Translations under genes and position numbers: made by a program | The notes under the pieces: generated by a model | Seen by the model: the letters and a program-made list of their open reading frames with translations, nothing else | Database searches by the model: none | Told to the model about the DNA's origin: nothing | Part shown: piece by piece, positions 53,001 to 61,736 of the stretch | How positions within the stretch are numbered: position 1 is the first letter of the stretch | Layout: every line of letters begins with the position of its first letter | Assembly: GCA_030603385.1 (NCBI GenBank) | Contig: JAUVXW010000016.1 | Span: 15,228 to 79,227, forward strand | Length of the DNA stretch: 64,000 nucleotides | Direction of reading: 5' to 3' | Source of the DNA: Promethearchaeota archaeon | Lineage (GTDB): Archaea > Asgardarchaeota > Lokiarchaeia > Sigyniarchaeales > SOKP01

Positions 53001-53110
53001 ATTTTGTCGGTTTAATTAATTTTGATTCTCTTTTTTTCGCTTTTTCTACAAAAATTAGTTAAAATTGATCATTTTAGACATCAAAGTAAAGATTTAAATT
53101 TTTTGTCGTT
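53001..53110 (+). repeat. Element Y copy 1
   Basis: Similar to 57839..57946 and 63294..63402; bounded by TTTGTCG sites. Confidence 0.85.
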
Positions 53111-53202
53111 AAAATAAGGATATATGAGATAAGATCAAATTCAGAAATATACTATTTATTTTATTTCATATTTGAAAAGATTCAATAATAAGGTGTTAAA
53201 AA

Positions 53203-53367
53203 ATATCTCAAGAAAAAAATCGTTTAAAAGTTAAAGATTTTGAAATAGAAATTGAGGGAACTGAATCGTTCATTAATGATAATATTAAGGAAAGTAAAGC
53301 GATTGCTATTCTCTTAAAGACCTTTTCAAAAGACTTATCCCAAAAACAGCAAGAAGACAATAAATAA
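53203..53367 (+). CDS. Small hypothetical protein (54 aa), probable ATA start
   Basis: ISQEKNRLKVKDFEIEIEGTESFINDNIK...; AGGTG 7 nt upstream and an in-frame TAA two codons upstream. Confidence 0.5.
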   Translation: MSQEKNRLKVKDFEIEIEGTESFINDNIKESKAIAILLKTFSKDLSQKQQEDNK

Positions 53368-53414
53368 TCCTCTTTTTACTTTTTCTTTTTTACTTAACTA
53401 AGAAAAAGGAAGTA

Positions 53415-53573
53415 TTGGAAGTAAAAAGAAATATATTGATTGCAAAAGGATTAAAATATTTTGGGTTCGTTATGATTAATAATGGAGATTGGAAGTTTCA
53501 CTTCAACAGAAGAGAAGATATTACCTCAATAGAGAATTTTATCAAAGAGGTTTATTTTATTAAAGGTGAATAA
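53415..53573 (+). CDS. Small hypothetical protein (52 aa)
   Basis: C-terminus EDITSIENFIKEVYFIKGE is paralogous to 53923..54018. Confidence 0.5.
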   Translation: MEVKRNILIAKGLKYFGFVMINNGDWKFHFNRREDITSIENFIKEVYFIKGE

Positions 53574-53811
53574 AATGGTAGGTTGTGAAATCTTAACGCT
53601 TAGGTTGGAGGATGATATTAAATTAGAAATTAATAATTGGCTTTTATCAAACAAGGAAAAAAAAATTAAATTCATTCAACACACTTACATTCCACCAGTA
53701 ATTATTCCCATTTCTGAGAAGGATCCTATAAAAAACCAACCCAGGATGGAGAATGTCGCTTACGCAAAAAAACGAGGTTATCTCTTAGTTTTTTTTTATT
53801 TTGAAACTTAA
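53566..53811 (+). CDS. Small protein, Cse60/DUF2758-like (putative)
   Basis: EINNWL..N..KKIKFI.HTY...F.F pattern; paralog of 54011..54223. Likely start is ATG 53575. Confidence 0.6.
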   Translation: MNKMVGCEILTLRLEDDIKLEINNWLLSNKEKKIKFIQHTYIPPVIIPISEKDPIKNQPRMENVAYAKKRGYLLVFFYFET

Positions 53812-53922
53812 AACCTATAATCTTTTTCTTTTTTTTTATTTAACTATGCATTTTTATTTGCTTTAAATATGATATTCAAAAATATATAGTAACTAAATTT
53901 AATTAATAGAAGAGTGATAAAT

Positions 53923-54018
53923 TTGTTAAAATGCGAAATTCTAAAAATAGATCCAAAAGAAGATGTTAAAAAAATAGAGGATTTTATTCGAGAGATCTAT
54001 TTTATAGAAGGTGAGTAA
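53923..54018 (+). CDS. Mini-protein (31 aa)
   Basis: MLKCEILKIDPKEDVKKIEDFIREIYFIEGE; paralogous to the neighbouring ORFs. Confidence 0.5.
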   Translation: MLKCEILKIDPKEDVKKIEDFIREIYFIEGE

Positions 54019-54223
54019 AATGTTAGGATGTAAAACTTTAACTTTTAGGAATTACAATGAAATCGAGACTGGATTAAACAACTGGATTTTATTAAACCAA
54101 GAGAAAAAAGTTCGATTTATAACTCAATCATATATCCCACCAGATAGGACACCTGTAAATGAAGAAGGGGGGGATGAAGAAAAAGCAGGATTTCATCTAT
54201 ATACGATTTTCTTTGTAAGTTAA
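54011..54223 (+). CDS. Small protein, Cse60/DUF2758-like (putative)
   Basis: Paralog of 53566..53811. Likely start is ATG 54020. Confidence 0.6.
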   Translation: MSKMLGCKTLTFRNYNEIETGLNNWILLNQEKKVRFITQSYIPPDRTPVNEEGGDEEKAGFHLYTIFFVS

Positions 54224-54449
54224 ATTCAAAATTTAATCTTGATTTTTTATATTTAACATATAGAAGTTTTATTGATAAAGAGAGGGATTCTATACAATTG
54301 AAAATTGATAAGATTGAAGAAAAAGATTAAAAACAAATCATAATTTCAATAGAGTTTTCTTTTTTCTTAATATCCATCTAATTTAATATCAGATAGAATT
54401 AATTATAGTTTAATAGAAACTTTAATATTTTTATTCTAAATATAAATCA

Positions 54450-54972
54450 ATGAAAATGACATCATTGAAAAAAGATAATCTAAAAAATAATCACAACAGC
54501 AAAAAATTAAATAATTTAAACGGAAAGGAATGGTTAAGGTATTCTATTAGTGTTTGGGATATTTTTAAAACTCCTGAAGAGAGAAAATTAAATCATCCTG
54601 CAATGTTTCCTTTAGAACTTTGTGAAAGATTGATTAAAATTTTTACAAAAGAAGACGATATTGTATTTGATCCTTTTTTTGGATCAGGAAGCACTTTAAT
54701 TGCAGCAAAAAAGCATAAAAGAAAAGCAATTGGTTTCGAGATTAATAAAGATTATGTTGAACTATTCAAAGATAGAATTAAACAAACTAATCTATTAAAT
54801 TTTGATACTCAGAAACAAGAGAAACTAATCAAAATTCATCAAAAAAATGCTAATCTGATTTCGGAAAAATTGGATAAAAATTCAATTGATCTATGTTTAA
54901 CGTCCCCCCATATTGGGATATCTTAAGAATGAAGCGATCAGCAACTATTTCGAATACAGCCTTTTTAAATGA
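54450..54972 (+). pseudogene. Truncated, frameshifted N4/N6 DNA methyltransferase
   Basis: HPAMFP and DPFFGSGST are present. The SPPY motif is split by a C6 tract at 54904-54909 (C7 would give TSPPYWDIL), and the restored frame stops at 54972. Confidence 0.85.
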
Positions 54973-55083
54973 CGCCTAAAAAAGTAAAACCTAAAAAAGT
55001 TTAAATATCAATAACTCAAATATATTAGTGAAAAAAATCCACACTGAAAAAAAATTTTAAAATATTAAAAATAGGTTAATTTC

Positions 55084-56553
55084 TTGGAGACTCCAGAAAA
55101 AATTTTTTCATATTTGGAAGATAATAGTTATATGCATGAAATAGGGAATGCGGATATTAAACAAGAATGGAGTGATGAGACAGGAGAGTGGGTCAGATTT
55201 TATTTAATAATTAAAGATGATGGATTAATTCAAGATATCAGTTTCTTAAGCAGTGAACACAATGTAGTTAAAGCTACTGCAACTTATCTTTGTCAAAAAT
55301 GGAAAGGCCAACAGTTAAAAAAACTTAAGAGCTTAATTGTGACAAAATATATTGATCGTGAAAAAGTATTGGAGGATTTAGGTAATCCTTCAAAAGATTT
55401 TCATCCTTATATAGAGCTTGCCATTAAAACACTCGAACATTGCTTTGATATATGGCAGTGGAAAAAGGCTGCCACATCAAATTTGATGGTAAAGACAGGT
55501 CTTTTCTATAATTTTAAAAAAACTATCTTATTTTTTTGGATATTTTATATTCTTATGTGGGGTTGTTGGGTATTAAGTGATATTGAATTGTGGTTGGATG
55601 TTTTTAGTCTAACTTTTGTAATTCAAACTATTGGTGCATTTCTTTCTATTATTGCTACTATATTTTTAGTTAGAGGAACCCGTGATGGGGTCAGAAAAAT
55701 CACTTTCGAGAAACCAGATGATTTTCGTAACCTTTTCTGCCACGATTATTATTTCGACAAATATCGTTATGAACTAGACCGGAGAATTAATAGTACTCGT
55801 TGTAAATATCTTGGTCTTATCTTTATGGGAATTATTGAAATTTTTCATATATTAGATTTTATACCGCATATTTACACTAGTTTTATTAAACAAGATTGGC
55901 TTGCTGTTATTGGTTTTATAACAAACATAATCTGGTGGGTAGTATTTTATTTTTTTATTTTTATTGTGGCTTATCAAGTATTAATTGTAATAATTACTAT
56001 TGCTCAATTGGGAACTCATGTAAAACAGTTAAGTATTACACCATTTCTTAAACTTGACTTTGAGAAACTAACTAAGATTAATACTGATGATATGGTGACC
56101 TATTTACAGTTTCATAGATATACACGAATATTCGGTGAATTCCTGTTTAAATTTACACTAAAGGTAATAATCTTCATTGTTTGCATGGATTTAGCTTTTA
56201 TGCACATGGGGGGGATTATAGTATCTCTTTTGATGTTTGGGACTTTTTTTTGTGTCTCAATATTCATTCTTCCGCAATTTTCAATCCATAATATTCTTAA
56301 AAAAACAAAGAACAAGATAATAATATTTTACGAAGATTTATACGATAAAATTAAGCTAGAGATATTCAAAATATATGCTTCTGAAAAAAAGGAGGGGTTG
56401 CAAGATAAAATTTCTCAAGTTGAATTTATTAAAGCCGAGATAAAATTTACTGGTGATCTTGGTACTTGGGCCTATGATTTCCCTAAAGTTATGAGACTTG
56501 TTTATGCTGCTTGTTTATCGTTTATCCCATTAGTGATTGAGATATTCATTTAG
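55084..56553 (+). CDS. Multi-pass membrane protein with an N-terminal Cys-less IscU/NifU_N-like domain
   Basis: The first ~125 aa follow IscU/SufU spacing (TGE.V.FYL.I.DDG.IQDISF...ATA..L....KG...L...L); about 7 TM helices follow. Confidence 0.6.
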   Translation: METPEKIFSYLEDNSYMHEIGNADIKQEWSDETGEWVRFYLIIKDDGLIQDISFLSSEHNVVKATATYLCQKWKGQQLKKLKSLIVTKYIDREKVLEDLGNPSKDFHPYIELAIKTLEHCFDIWQWKKAATSNLMVKTGLFYNFKKTILFFWIFYILMWGCWVLSDIELWLDVFSLTFVIQTIGAFLSIIATIFLVRGTRDGVRKITFEKPDDFRNLFCHDYYFDKYRYELDRRINSTRCKYLGLIFMGIIEIFHILDFIPHIYTSFIKQDWLAVIGFITNIIWWVVFYFFIFIVAYQVLIVIITIAQLGTHVKQLSITPFLKLDFEKLTKINTDDMVTYLQFHRYTRIFGEFLFKFTLKVIIFIVCMDLAFMHMGGIIVSLLMFGTFFCVSIFILPQFSIHNILKKTKNKIIIFYEDLYDKIKLEIFKIYASEKKEGLQDKISQVEFIKAEIKFTGDLGTWAYDFPKVMRLVYAACLSFIPLVIEIFI

Positions 56554-56618
56554 CATTTGTTGTAATCTCTCTTGAATCTCTGTCAATATGGCATTATCAA
56601 CTGTTCCCATGAAATACT

Positions 56619-56771
56619 ATGAAAATCCCAAGAGATTTGAAAGATCTTTTTCAAAAATACATCGAAAAAAATCCAGGTCTAGGGTTTAATAAAGTTTCTC
56701 AACTTGTATTACATATTTTACAAGAAAAAGCATTTGAATTAAAAAAAGAACTGAAAGAAAAATCAAAATAA
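56619..56771 (+). CDS. Ribbon-helix-helix (CopG-like) protein
   Basis: MKIPRDLKDLFQKYIEKNPGLGFNKVSQLVLHILQEKA; strand-helix-G-helix pattern. Confidence 0.6.
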   Translation: MKIPRDLKDLFQKYIEKNPGLGFNKVSQLVLHILQEKAFELKKELKEKSK

Positions 56772-56909
56772 GTTTAAATCTTCATTCCTGCTTTTTATTT
56801 CTGTTTTTAAAGTATTTTCAATATATTTCTTTCTTTTTATTCCAAAATTTAGTTCTAAATATTCAAAAAAAGTTATATATTCATCAGGAAGTTCAATTTC
56901 GATTTTTAT
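56763..56909 (-). CDS. Small RHH-like protein (KIEIELPD family), probable ATA start
   Basis: IKIEIELPDEYITFFEYLELNFGIKRKKYIENTLKTEIKSRNEDLNLF; AGGTG 7 nt upstream. Confidence 0.6.
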   Translation of the reverse strand: MKIEIELPDEYITFFEYLELNFGIKRKKYIENTLKTEIKSRNEDLNLF

Positions 56910-56967
56910 TATCTTACACCTTTGAATCTTATATAGAATTCTTTATAGAATACCTCAAGTATTGATA

Positions 56968-57133
56968 ATTTTTGTCGGATATTTAACAGTTTACTAATTC
57001 AGAAAATTATTACCGTGTAATGATATTTCTGAGAGAGGGAGAGGGGTGATTGGAAGTAAAAGTAAAGATTTAAATTTTGTTGGAATATTCTTCTTATTTA
57101 TAATAAACTCTATAGAAAACTCTATAAAAAAAA
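56968..57133 (+). repeat. Element X copy 2
   Basis: Near-duplicate of 49887..50050; hairpin at 56999-57032; operator at 57111-57126. Confidence 0.9.
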
Positions 57134-57154
57134 ATATGATGAAATAGATGAATT

Positions 57155-57796
57155 ATGTTAATAACAAAAGATAGATATAACCTATTTAGAAAGCTTGTTA
57201 AAGGAATTATTATTATTCTATGGATTGCGTTATTTATTTGCCCGATAGTAACTTTTAATTGGAAAGATGTATGGGGTTCATATTCTTTTCCTTATTTCGT
57301 ATGTTATTGGCATGGTGGAGATGATTTTGCTCCTTACCCTCTTTATTGGTTCTTTGTGATTTTATACTTCATTGGATTTTTTCTCAATTTTGGAAATATA
57401 AAGAGAGATTACAAAAAACAAATCATTAATAAAAATCTTGGATATATTAGTGGATTACTTGTTTTATTAGGAATAGTAGGATTATCTTTTATGTCAATTA
57501 CATCAACGATTGGAATTAATGATAGATTAAGCCTACCTCCAGAGGTAATTATTCATACAAATATAGGGATAGGAATGATTTTTGCGATAATGATGATATT
57601 TATTATCTTTGCTGAGACAATATTCTTAAACAGAGTCAAGATTATGGAAGCAGAGATTGTTAAAGAAGAACCAATTGAAGTACAAGAAAGAGAAGTAAAA
57701 GAAATCTCTGGAAAAATTTTTTGCTCTTCATGTGGAGAAGAAATCTTGGATAAAACAGGTGATTTCTGTTCTAAATGTGGATCACCTTTAAAATAA
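57155..57796 (+). CDS. 4-TM membrane protein with C-terminal zinc ribbon, paralog 2
   Basis: Divergent N-terminal region but near-identical last ~55 codons versus paralogs 1 and 3. Confidence 0.85.
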   Translation: MLITKDRYNLFRKLVKGIIIILWIALFICPIVTFNWKDVWGSYSFPYFVCYWHGGDDFAPYPLYWFFVILYFIGFFLNFGNIKRDYKKQIINKNLGYISGLLVLLGIVGLSFMSITSTIGINDRLSLPPEVIIHTNIGIGMIFAIMMIFIIFAETIFLNRVKIMEAEIVKEEPIEVQEREVKEISGKIFCSSCGEEILDKTGDFCSKCGSPLK

Positions 57797-57838
57797 TTAT
57801 CTTCTTTTTTATTGTCAGACTGGAAATAAAAATAGGAT

Positions 57839-57946
57839 ATTTATCGGTTTAATGACTTTTGGTTCTCTTTTTTTCGCTTTTTCTACAAAAATTAATTAAA
57901 ATTGATTATTTTCGACATTGAAGTAAAGATTTAAATTTTATGTCGG
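57839..57946 (+). repeat. Element Y copy 2
   Basis: Near-identical to 63294..63402; ends in a CGACAT...ATGTCG imperfect inverted repeat. Confidence 0.85.
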
Positions 57947-58002
57947 GGAAATTACTTTTGATTCTCTTTTTTCTCTTTTCTTACAAAATTTAATTTATTA
58001 TT

Positions 58003-58179
58003 ATGACTAAAAAAGAAGAAATGATACGATTAATTCTTAATCCTGACAAAGATCAACCAATTTATGATTTTTTTATAGAAATCAAAAAGCAGTTAGGGTT
58101 AAAAGTAAATACAGAAGTAGCTAGATATTGCATTAAAAAAACATATCAACTTATATTTACAAATAGAAAAGAAGATTAA
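58003..58179 (+). CDS. Ribbon-helix-helix protein
   Basis: MTKKEEMIRLILNPDKDQPIYDFFIEIKKQLGLKVNTEVARYCIKKTY; clear paralog of 59156..59359. Confidence 0.75.
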   Translation: MTKKEEMIRLILNPDKDQPIYDFFIEIKKQLGLKVNTEVARYCIKKTYQLIFTNRKED

Positions 58180-58187
58180 CGCTTTAG

Positions 58188-58760
58188 TTAAAAAATTGCT
58201 TCTCTAAAAGTTGAATTTTTTAATACTTTGGTTTCTATTATTAAAAATTCGGAGATTTCTTCCTCGAGATTTTTATTTTTAATCATTGCTCGAATAGAAA
58301 AAAATTTATAAACTTCATCAGGTATTTCAATTTCGATTTTTACTTTTTCTTTACTTGAATTTTTATTATTTATTTGTCTGTCTAAATTGACATAGCTACT
58401 CAAATAAGCATTTTTATTGTTATAGGTAATTCTACATACATAATTCTCAATTGGAATGATTTTCCCTTTTTTTGTGATCCCTCTGAATTGAACAATAGCA
58501 GTTTTATCATTTTCGATTTGAAAATTTTGTAATATTTTTTTCAAATCTTCAGGATGCACTATTTTATAAAATTCTCTCTTTTTCCATTTAGAAATATCGT
58601 CTTGGGAATATCCAAAGATTTTACTGAATTCTTTATTGTAATAAAGTAGATGTCCTCTTTGGATCAAAAGAAACCCTAATTTTGATCGTTCTGCAAAATA
58701 TAGGAACTGTTTATCTTGGAATTTTGTAATAAATTCTCCTTTAATATCTATTTCTGACAA
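58188..58760 (-). CDS. PAS-domain protein with C-terminal RHH-like domain
   Basis: Y.N..F.KIFGYS..., VHPED and TKKG...IE PAS hallmarks; tail KVKIEIEIPDEVYKFF matches the mini RHH-like genes. Confidence 0.8.
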   Translation of the reverse strand: MSEIDIKGEFITKFQDKQFLYFAERSKLGFLLIQRGHLLYYNKEFSKIFGYSQDDISKWKKREFYKIVHPEDLKKILQNFQIENDKTAIVQFRGITKKGKIIPIENYVCRITYNNKNAYLSSYVNLDRQINNKNSSKEKVKIEIEIPDEVYKFFSIRAMIKNKNLEEEISEFLIIETKVLKNSTFREAIF

Positions 58761-58910
58761 TTTTTATAAATCACTTTCGTATGTTATTAGATAAAAAAAC
58801 TCTCGTTATGTATGTAGGGACTAACTTTTTAAACATTTTTGTTAAAATAATATATCTGTTGCGATAATACATATTAGTAATAGGAATTTCTTCCCATTAA
58901 TTTTTATATA

Positions 58911-59035
58911 TTTTTGTCGGTATGTCTCAATCTAGTAATTTCTATAATGATATTTAAGGATTTATTAAATTGGAAATTCTTTACTGTGTAATGGTACTTT
59001 TGAGAGAGGGAGAGAGGTAATTGGAAGTAAAAGTA
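58911..59035 (+). repeat. Element X copy 3 (diverged)
   Basis: TTTTTGTCGG...TTACTGTGTAATG...GAGAGAGGGAGAGAGGTAATTGGAAGTAAAAGTA. Confidence 0.75.
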
Positions 59036-59155
59036 GAAAAATTGCTTGTTTTAATATGGTTTCACTCTATAATAAATTTGACAGTTTATACTTCCCAATC
59101 GTATTTTTACTGCGGATAGACACATTATGCTATATAGAATTCTTTATAGAATAAT

Positions 59156-59359
59156 TTAAATGTGTTCTATCTTGTCTTTATTAAACCAATATTCATACGC
59201 TTTCTTTATACATATCCTTGCGACTTCTGTATTAGTTTTTAGTCCTAAATCTTCCTTTATTTGTTGAAAATAGTCATATAATGGCTGATCTAATTCTTTT
59301 GAAAGATTTAGTCTAATCCCTATTTCTTCTTCGGTTTCGTTGGTTCTATCCATAGACAT
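59156..59359 (-). CDS. Ribbon-helix-helix transcriptional regulator
   Basis: IRLNL...PLYDYFQQIKEDLGLKTNTEVARICIKKAY. Confidence 0.75.
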   Translation of the reverse strand: MSMDRTNETEEEIGIRLNLSKELDQPLYDYFQQIKEDLGLKTNTEVARICIKKAYEYWFNKDKIEHI

Positions 59360-59503
59360 ATATATTTTGAAGAAAATTTAACCTTTTGTAAATTACTCCA
59401 AGTTTATCCTAATTTATCACAAAAACTTATATATCTATAAAAATATCTATAGAGTAACAAAATTGGACAAAAAAAATTAATTAACACAAAAGAGGTAAAA
59501 AAT

Positions 59504-59743
59504 ATGACTATTAATGAAAATATTGAACTAAGACTTACCCTTACCCAAAAAGATCCGTTATATCAACCCTTTTCGAAAATCAAGAAATCCTCAGGAATAA
59601 AATCTAATTCGGAAGTACTTCGTTTTATCATAAAACAGATTTCAAAAATCCCTATTTCTGCTTTAATTCTTGATTTTATGGGTAAAGATGATGTTTCAAT
59701 AAAAAAAATAAAATCTACAAAAAAAGAGGTAATAGGAAAATGA
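59504..59743 (+). CDS. Ribbon-helix-helix transcriptional regulator
   Basis: LRLTL...PLY..F.KIK...GIKSNSEVLRFIIK; divergent from 59156..59359. Confidence 0.7.
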   Translation: MTINENIELRLTLTQKDPLYQPFSKIKKSSGIKSNSEVLRFIIKQISKIPISALILDFMGKDDVSIKKIKSTKKEVIGK

Positions 59744-60966
59744 GTAAAACAAAAACGTATTTATTCCATGAGTTATCTTCATATCTTCCATTATTAGAGG
59801 GGGATGAATTTGATGATTTAGTAGAGGATATTAAACAACATGGACAAATAGAACCTGTTACTATTTATGAAGGTAAGATACTTGATGGGAGAAATCGGTA
59901 TAGAGCTTGTAAGATATTGGAACAAGAGTTAATAATAAGAGAATGGAAACCAAGTACTGCAACTGGATCAACTCCATTACAGTATGTTATTAGTGAGAAT
60001 ATTATGAGAAGACATTTAAATGATAAACAAAAAGCTGAGATTGGGATGTTGTTATATCCTGAGATTGAAAAACAAGTAGAAGAAGAAAGAGTTAAAAAGA
60101 TGGTTGAAACAAAAAAAGAGCAGTTTGGAAAAGGTGAACTTAAATCTTTAGGTGGTCGAGAAGGTTTTGCTACACTAATTAAAAAAGAAAATAGTGTAGC
60201 AAAAAAATGGAAAAAAGAAGATACAACTGCTTATAAGGTTGCTCAAAAAGTTAGAGTTAAACCCGATACGATAATAAAGGTTAAAAAGATCAGAGAATCG
60301 GCATACGATAAAAGTACAGGTGAAATAAAAGATAAAGAGATTGCCGAAAAATGGGAAGAAGCTAAAAGAGAAGATACATCATTAGATGCTGTATATAAAG
60401 AGGCTGTAGAGAAAGAAATTATTGAGGACTTACCTGAAGATTTAAAAGAAGAAGTAAAGAGGGAAAAAGTTAAGGTTAAAGAAGCTAAAGAGAAAAAAAT
60501 TACTTATGAACCAAAGATTACAGTAAAAAAAGCCAAGGCAATTAAAGATTTGCCTAAAGATGTACGAGAAGCTGTTGTGCATTCAGAAGCAGAAATAACT
60601 GTTGAAGAAGCTAAAGAAATTGCTAAGATTCCAAGCGAAGTACTAAGAAAGCAAGAAGTACTTGAGAGAGAAAGAGTCAAAAAACGCCAAGAATCAGAAA
60701 TTAAAAAGAAGAAAGATTTGGCAGAAGGAAAAACTTTACCTAAAGTTAAATATTTTGACAAAGACGCAAATAAAGTTAATAATGTAGAAGTCATTTGTAA
60801 AAAAGCCATTACTGAGCTTACATTTGCTGGTTTAGAAGGATATGGTGAATCTGCCAGAAAAACTTGTATTGAAATGATGAAAGCTGTATTTGAGCATTTG
60901 AGAAAAGAATTGAAAAAAGCAGGAGAAGTAGCACCACGTGTGGTGATAGACGTCGATGCCGATTGA
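59740..60966 (+). CDS. ParB/Srx N-terminal domain protein
   Basis: L.EDIKQHGQ.EPV...ILDGRNRYRAC and SENIMRRHL; HTH-like and charged C-terminal region. Confidence 0.85.
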   Translation: MSKTKTYLFHELSSYLPLLEGDEFDDLVEDIKQHGQIEPVTIYEGKILDGRNRYRACKILEQELIIREWKPSTATGSTPLQYVISENIMRRHLNDKQKAEIGMLLYPEIEKQVEEERVKKMVETKKEQFGKGELKSLGGREGFATLIKKENSVAKKWKKEDTTAYKVAQKVRVKPDTIIKVKKIRESAYDKSTGEIKDKEIAEKWEEAKREDTSLDAVYKEAVEKEIIEDLPEDLKEEVKREKVKVKEAKEKKITYEPKITVKKAKAIKDLPKDVREAVVHSEAEITVEEAKEIAKIPSEVLRKQEVLERERVKKRQESEIKKKKDLAEGKTLPKVKYFDKDANKVNNVEVICKKAITELTFAGLEGYGESARKTCIEMMKAVFEHLRKELKKAGEVAPRVVIDVDAD

Positions 60967-61555
60967 AATAGATGCTGTAGAAAGTGCTATTAGAGAAATG
61001 ACTAAAGCAAGAAGACCAATAAATCCATTAGAAATTTGCTTATATATGGGAATAGAACCTTTTATGATATTACCACATAAAGAAGGAGAATGGGTAGGTA
61101 AAATAGATAATGTGGCAATAATTTATGGTCATATTCGTAAACTACATGAGATACATAATAAATGGCAAAGAAGGTATCGTGAAGCTTATGCGTCTTATAG
61201 AGAAGGATATCTAAATGCGTCTCATTGGGATGTAAAACTGATGAAAATGATTTATTATAAAGATGAAATGACTTACAAAGAATTTATTGATATGCGAGAG
61301 CCAGAAGAGGGTTTAGTTAGGATACCTGATCCTAATAACCCAGATGTATATATTGAGCCAAACCCACAAGAAATAAAAAATTGGCGTATGAAATATATTT
61401 CAGGAGGAAAAAAGACACTTATAACCAGAATCGAAGATGGGATAGATGATGGTACAATTGAAGATACCAGAAAGACCAGAAAAGCCCTTGATAAATTCGA
61501 TCCACAAAAATTCTTAAAATATAAAGAAGAGGAAGAATATGAAGAAGCTCAATAG
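60956..61555 (+). CDS. Hypothetical protein
   Basis: 199-aa ORF overlapping the ParB-like gene; GTGGTG upstream. Confidence 0.7.
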   Translation: MPIEIDAVESAIREMTKARRPINPLEICLYMGIEPFMILPHKEGEWVGKIDNVAIIYGHIRKLHEIHNKWQRRYREAYASYREGYLNASHWDVKLMKMIYYKDEMTYKEFIDMREPEEGLVRIPDPNNPDVYIEPNPQEIKNWRMKYISGGKKTLITRIEDGIDDGTIEDTRKTRKALDKFDPQKFLKYKEEEEYEEAQ

Positions 61556-61682
61556 AGATGGAATCAAATATTCTCTAAGATTAGAAGCTCTTGATAAATT
61601 TTGGGTTAATGATATTACATTTGAGCAATTTAAAGACGAGATAAAAGAGATAGATAAAAAATATCCAAAAGGAACTTATTAA
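61539..61682 (+). CDS. Small hypothetical protein (47 aa)
   Basis: MKKLNRDGIKYSLRLEALDKFWVNDITFEQFKDEIKEIDKKYPKGTY; GAGG upstream and T-rich tract downstream. Confidence 0.5.
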   Translation: MKKLNRDGIKYSLRLEALDKFWVNDITFEQFKDEIKEIDKKYPKGTY

Positions 61683-61736
61683 ATTTTTTAATAATTAATT
61701 TTTTTTATTTTTTGGTTTAATCTTGAACTAATTCGG

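Noticed and set aside
57050-57073. Conserved leader peptide MEVKVKI in element X
   Set aside because: The frame is not conserved: copy 1 has a 1-nt deletion and copy 3 diverges. The sequence is better explained as the left arm of the repeated site.
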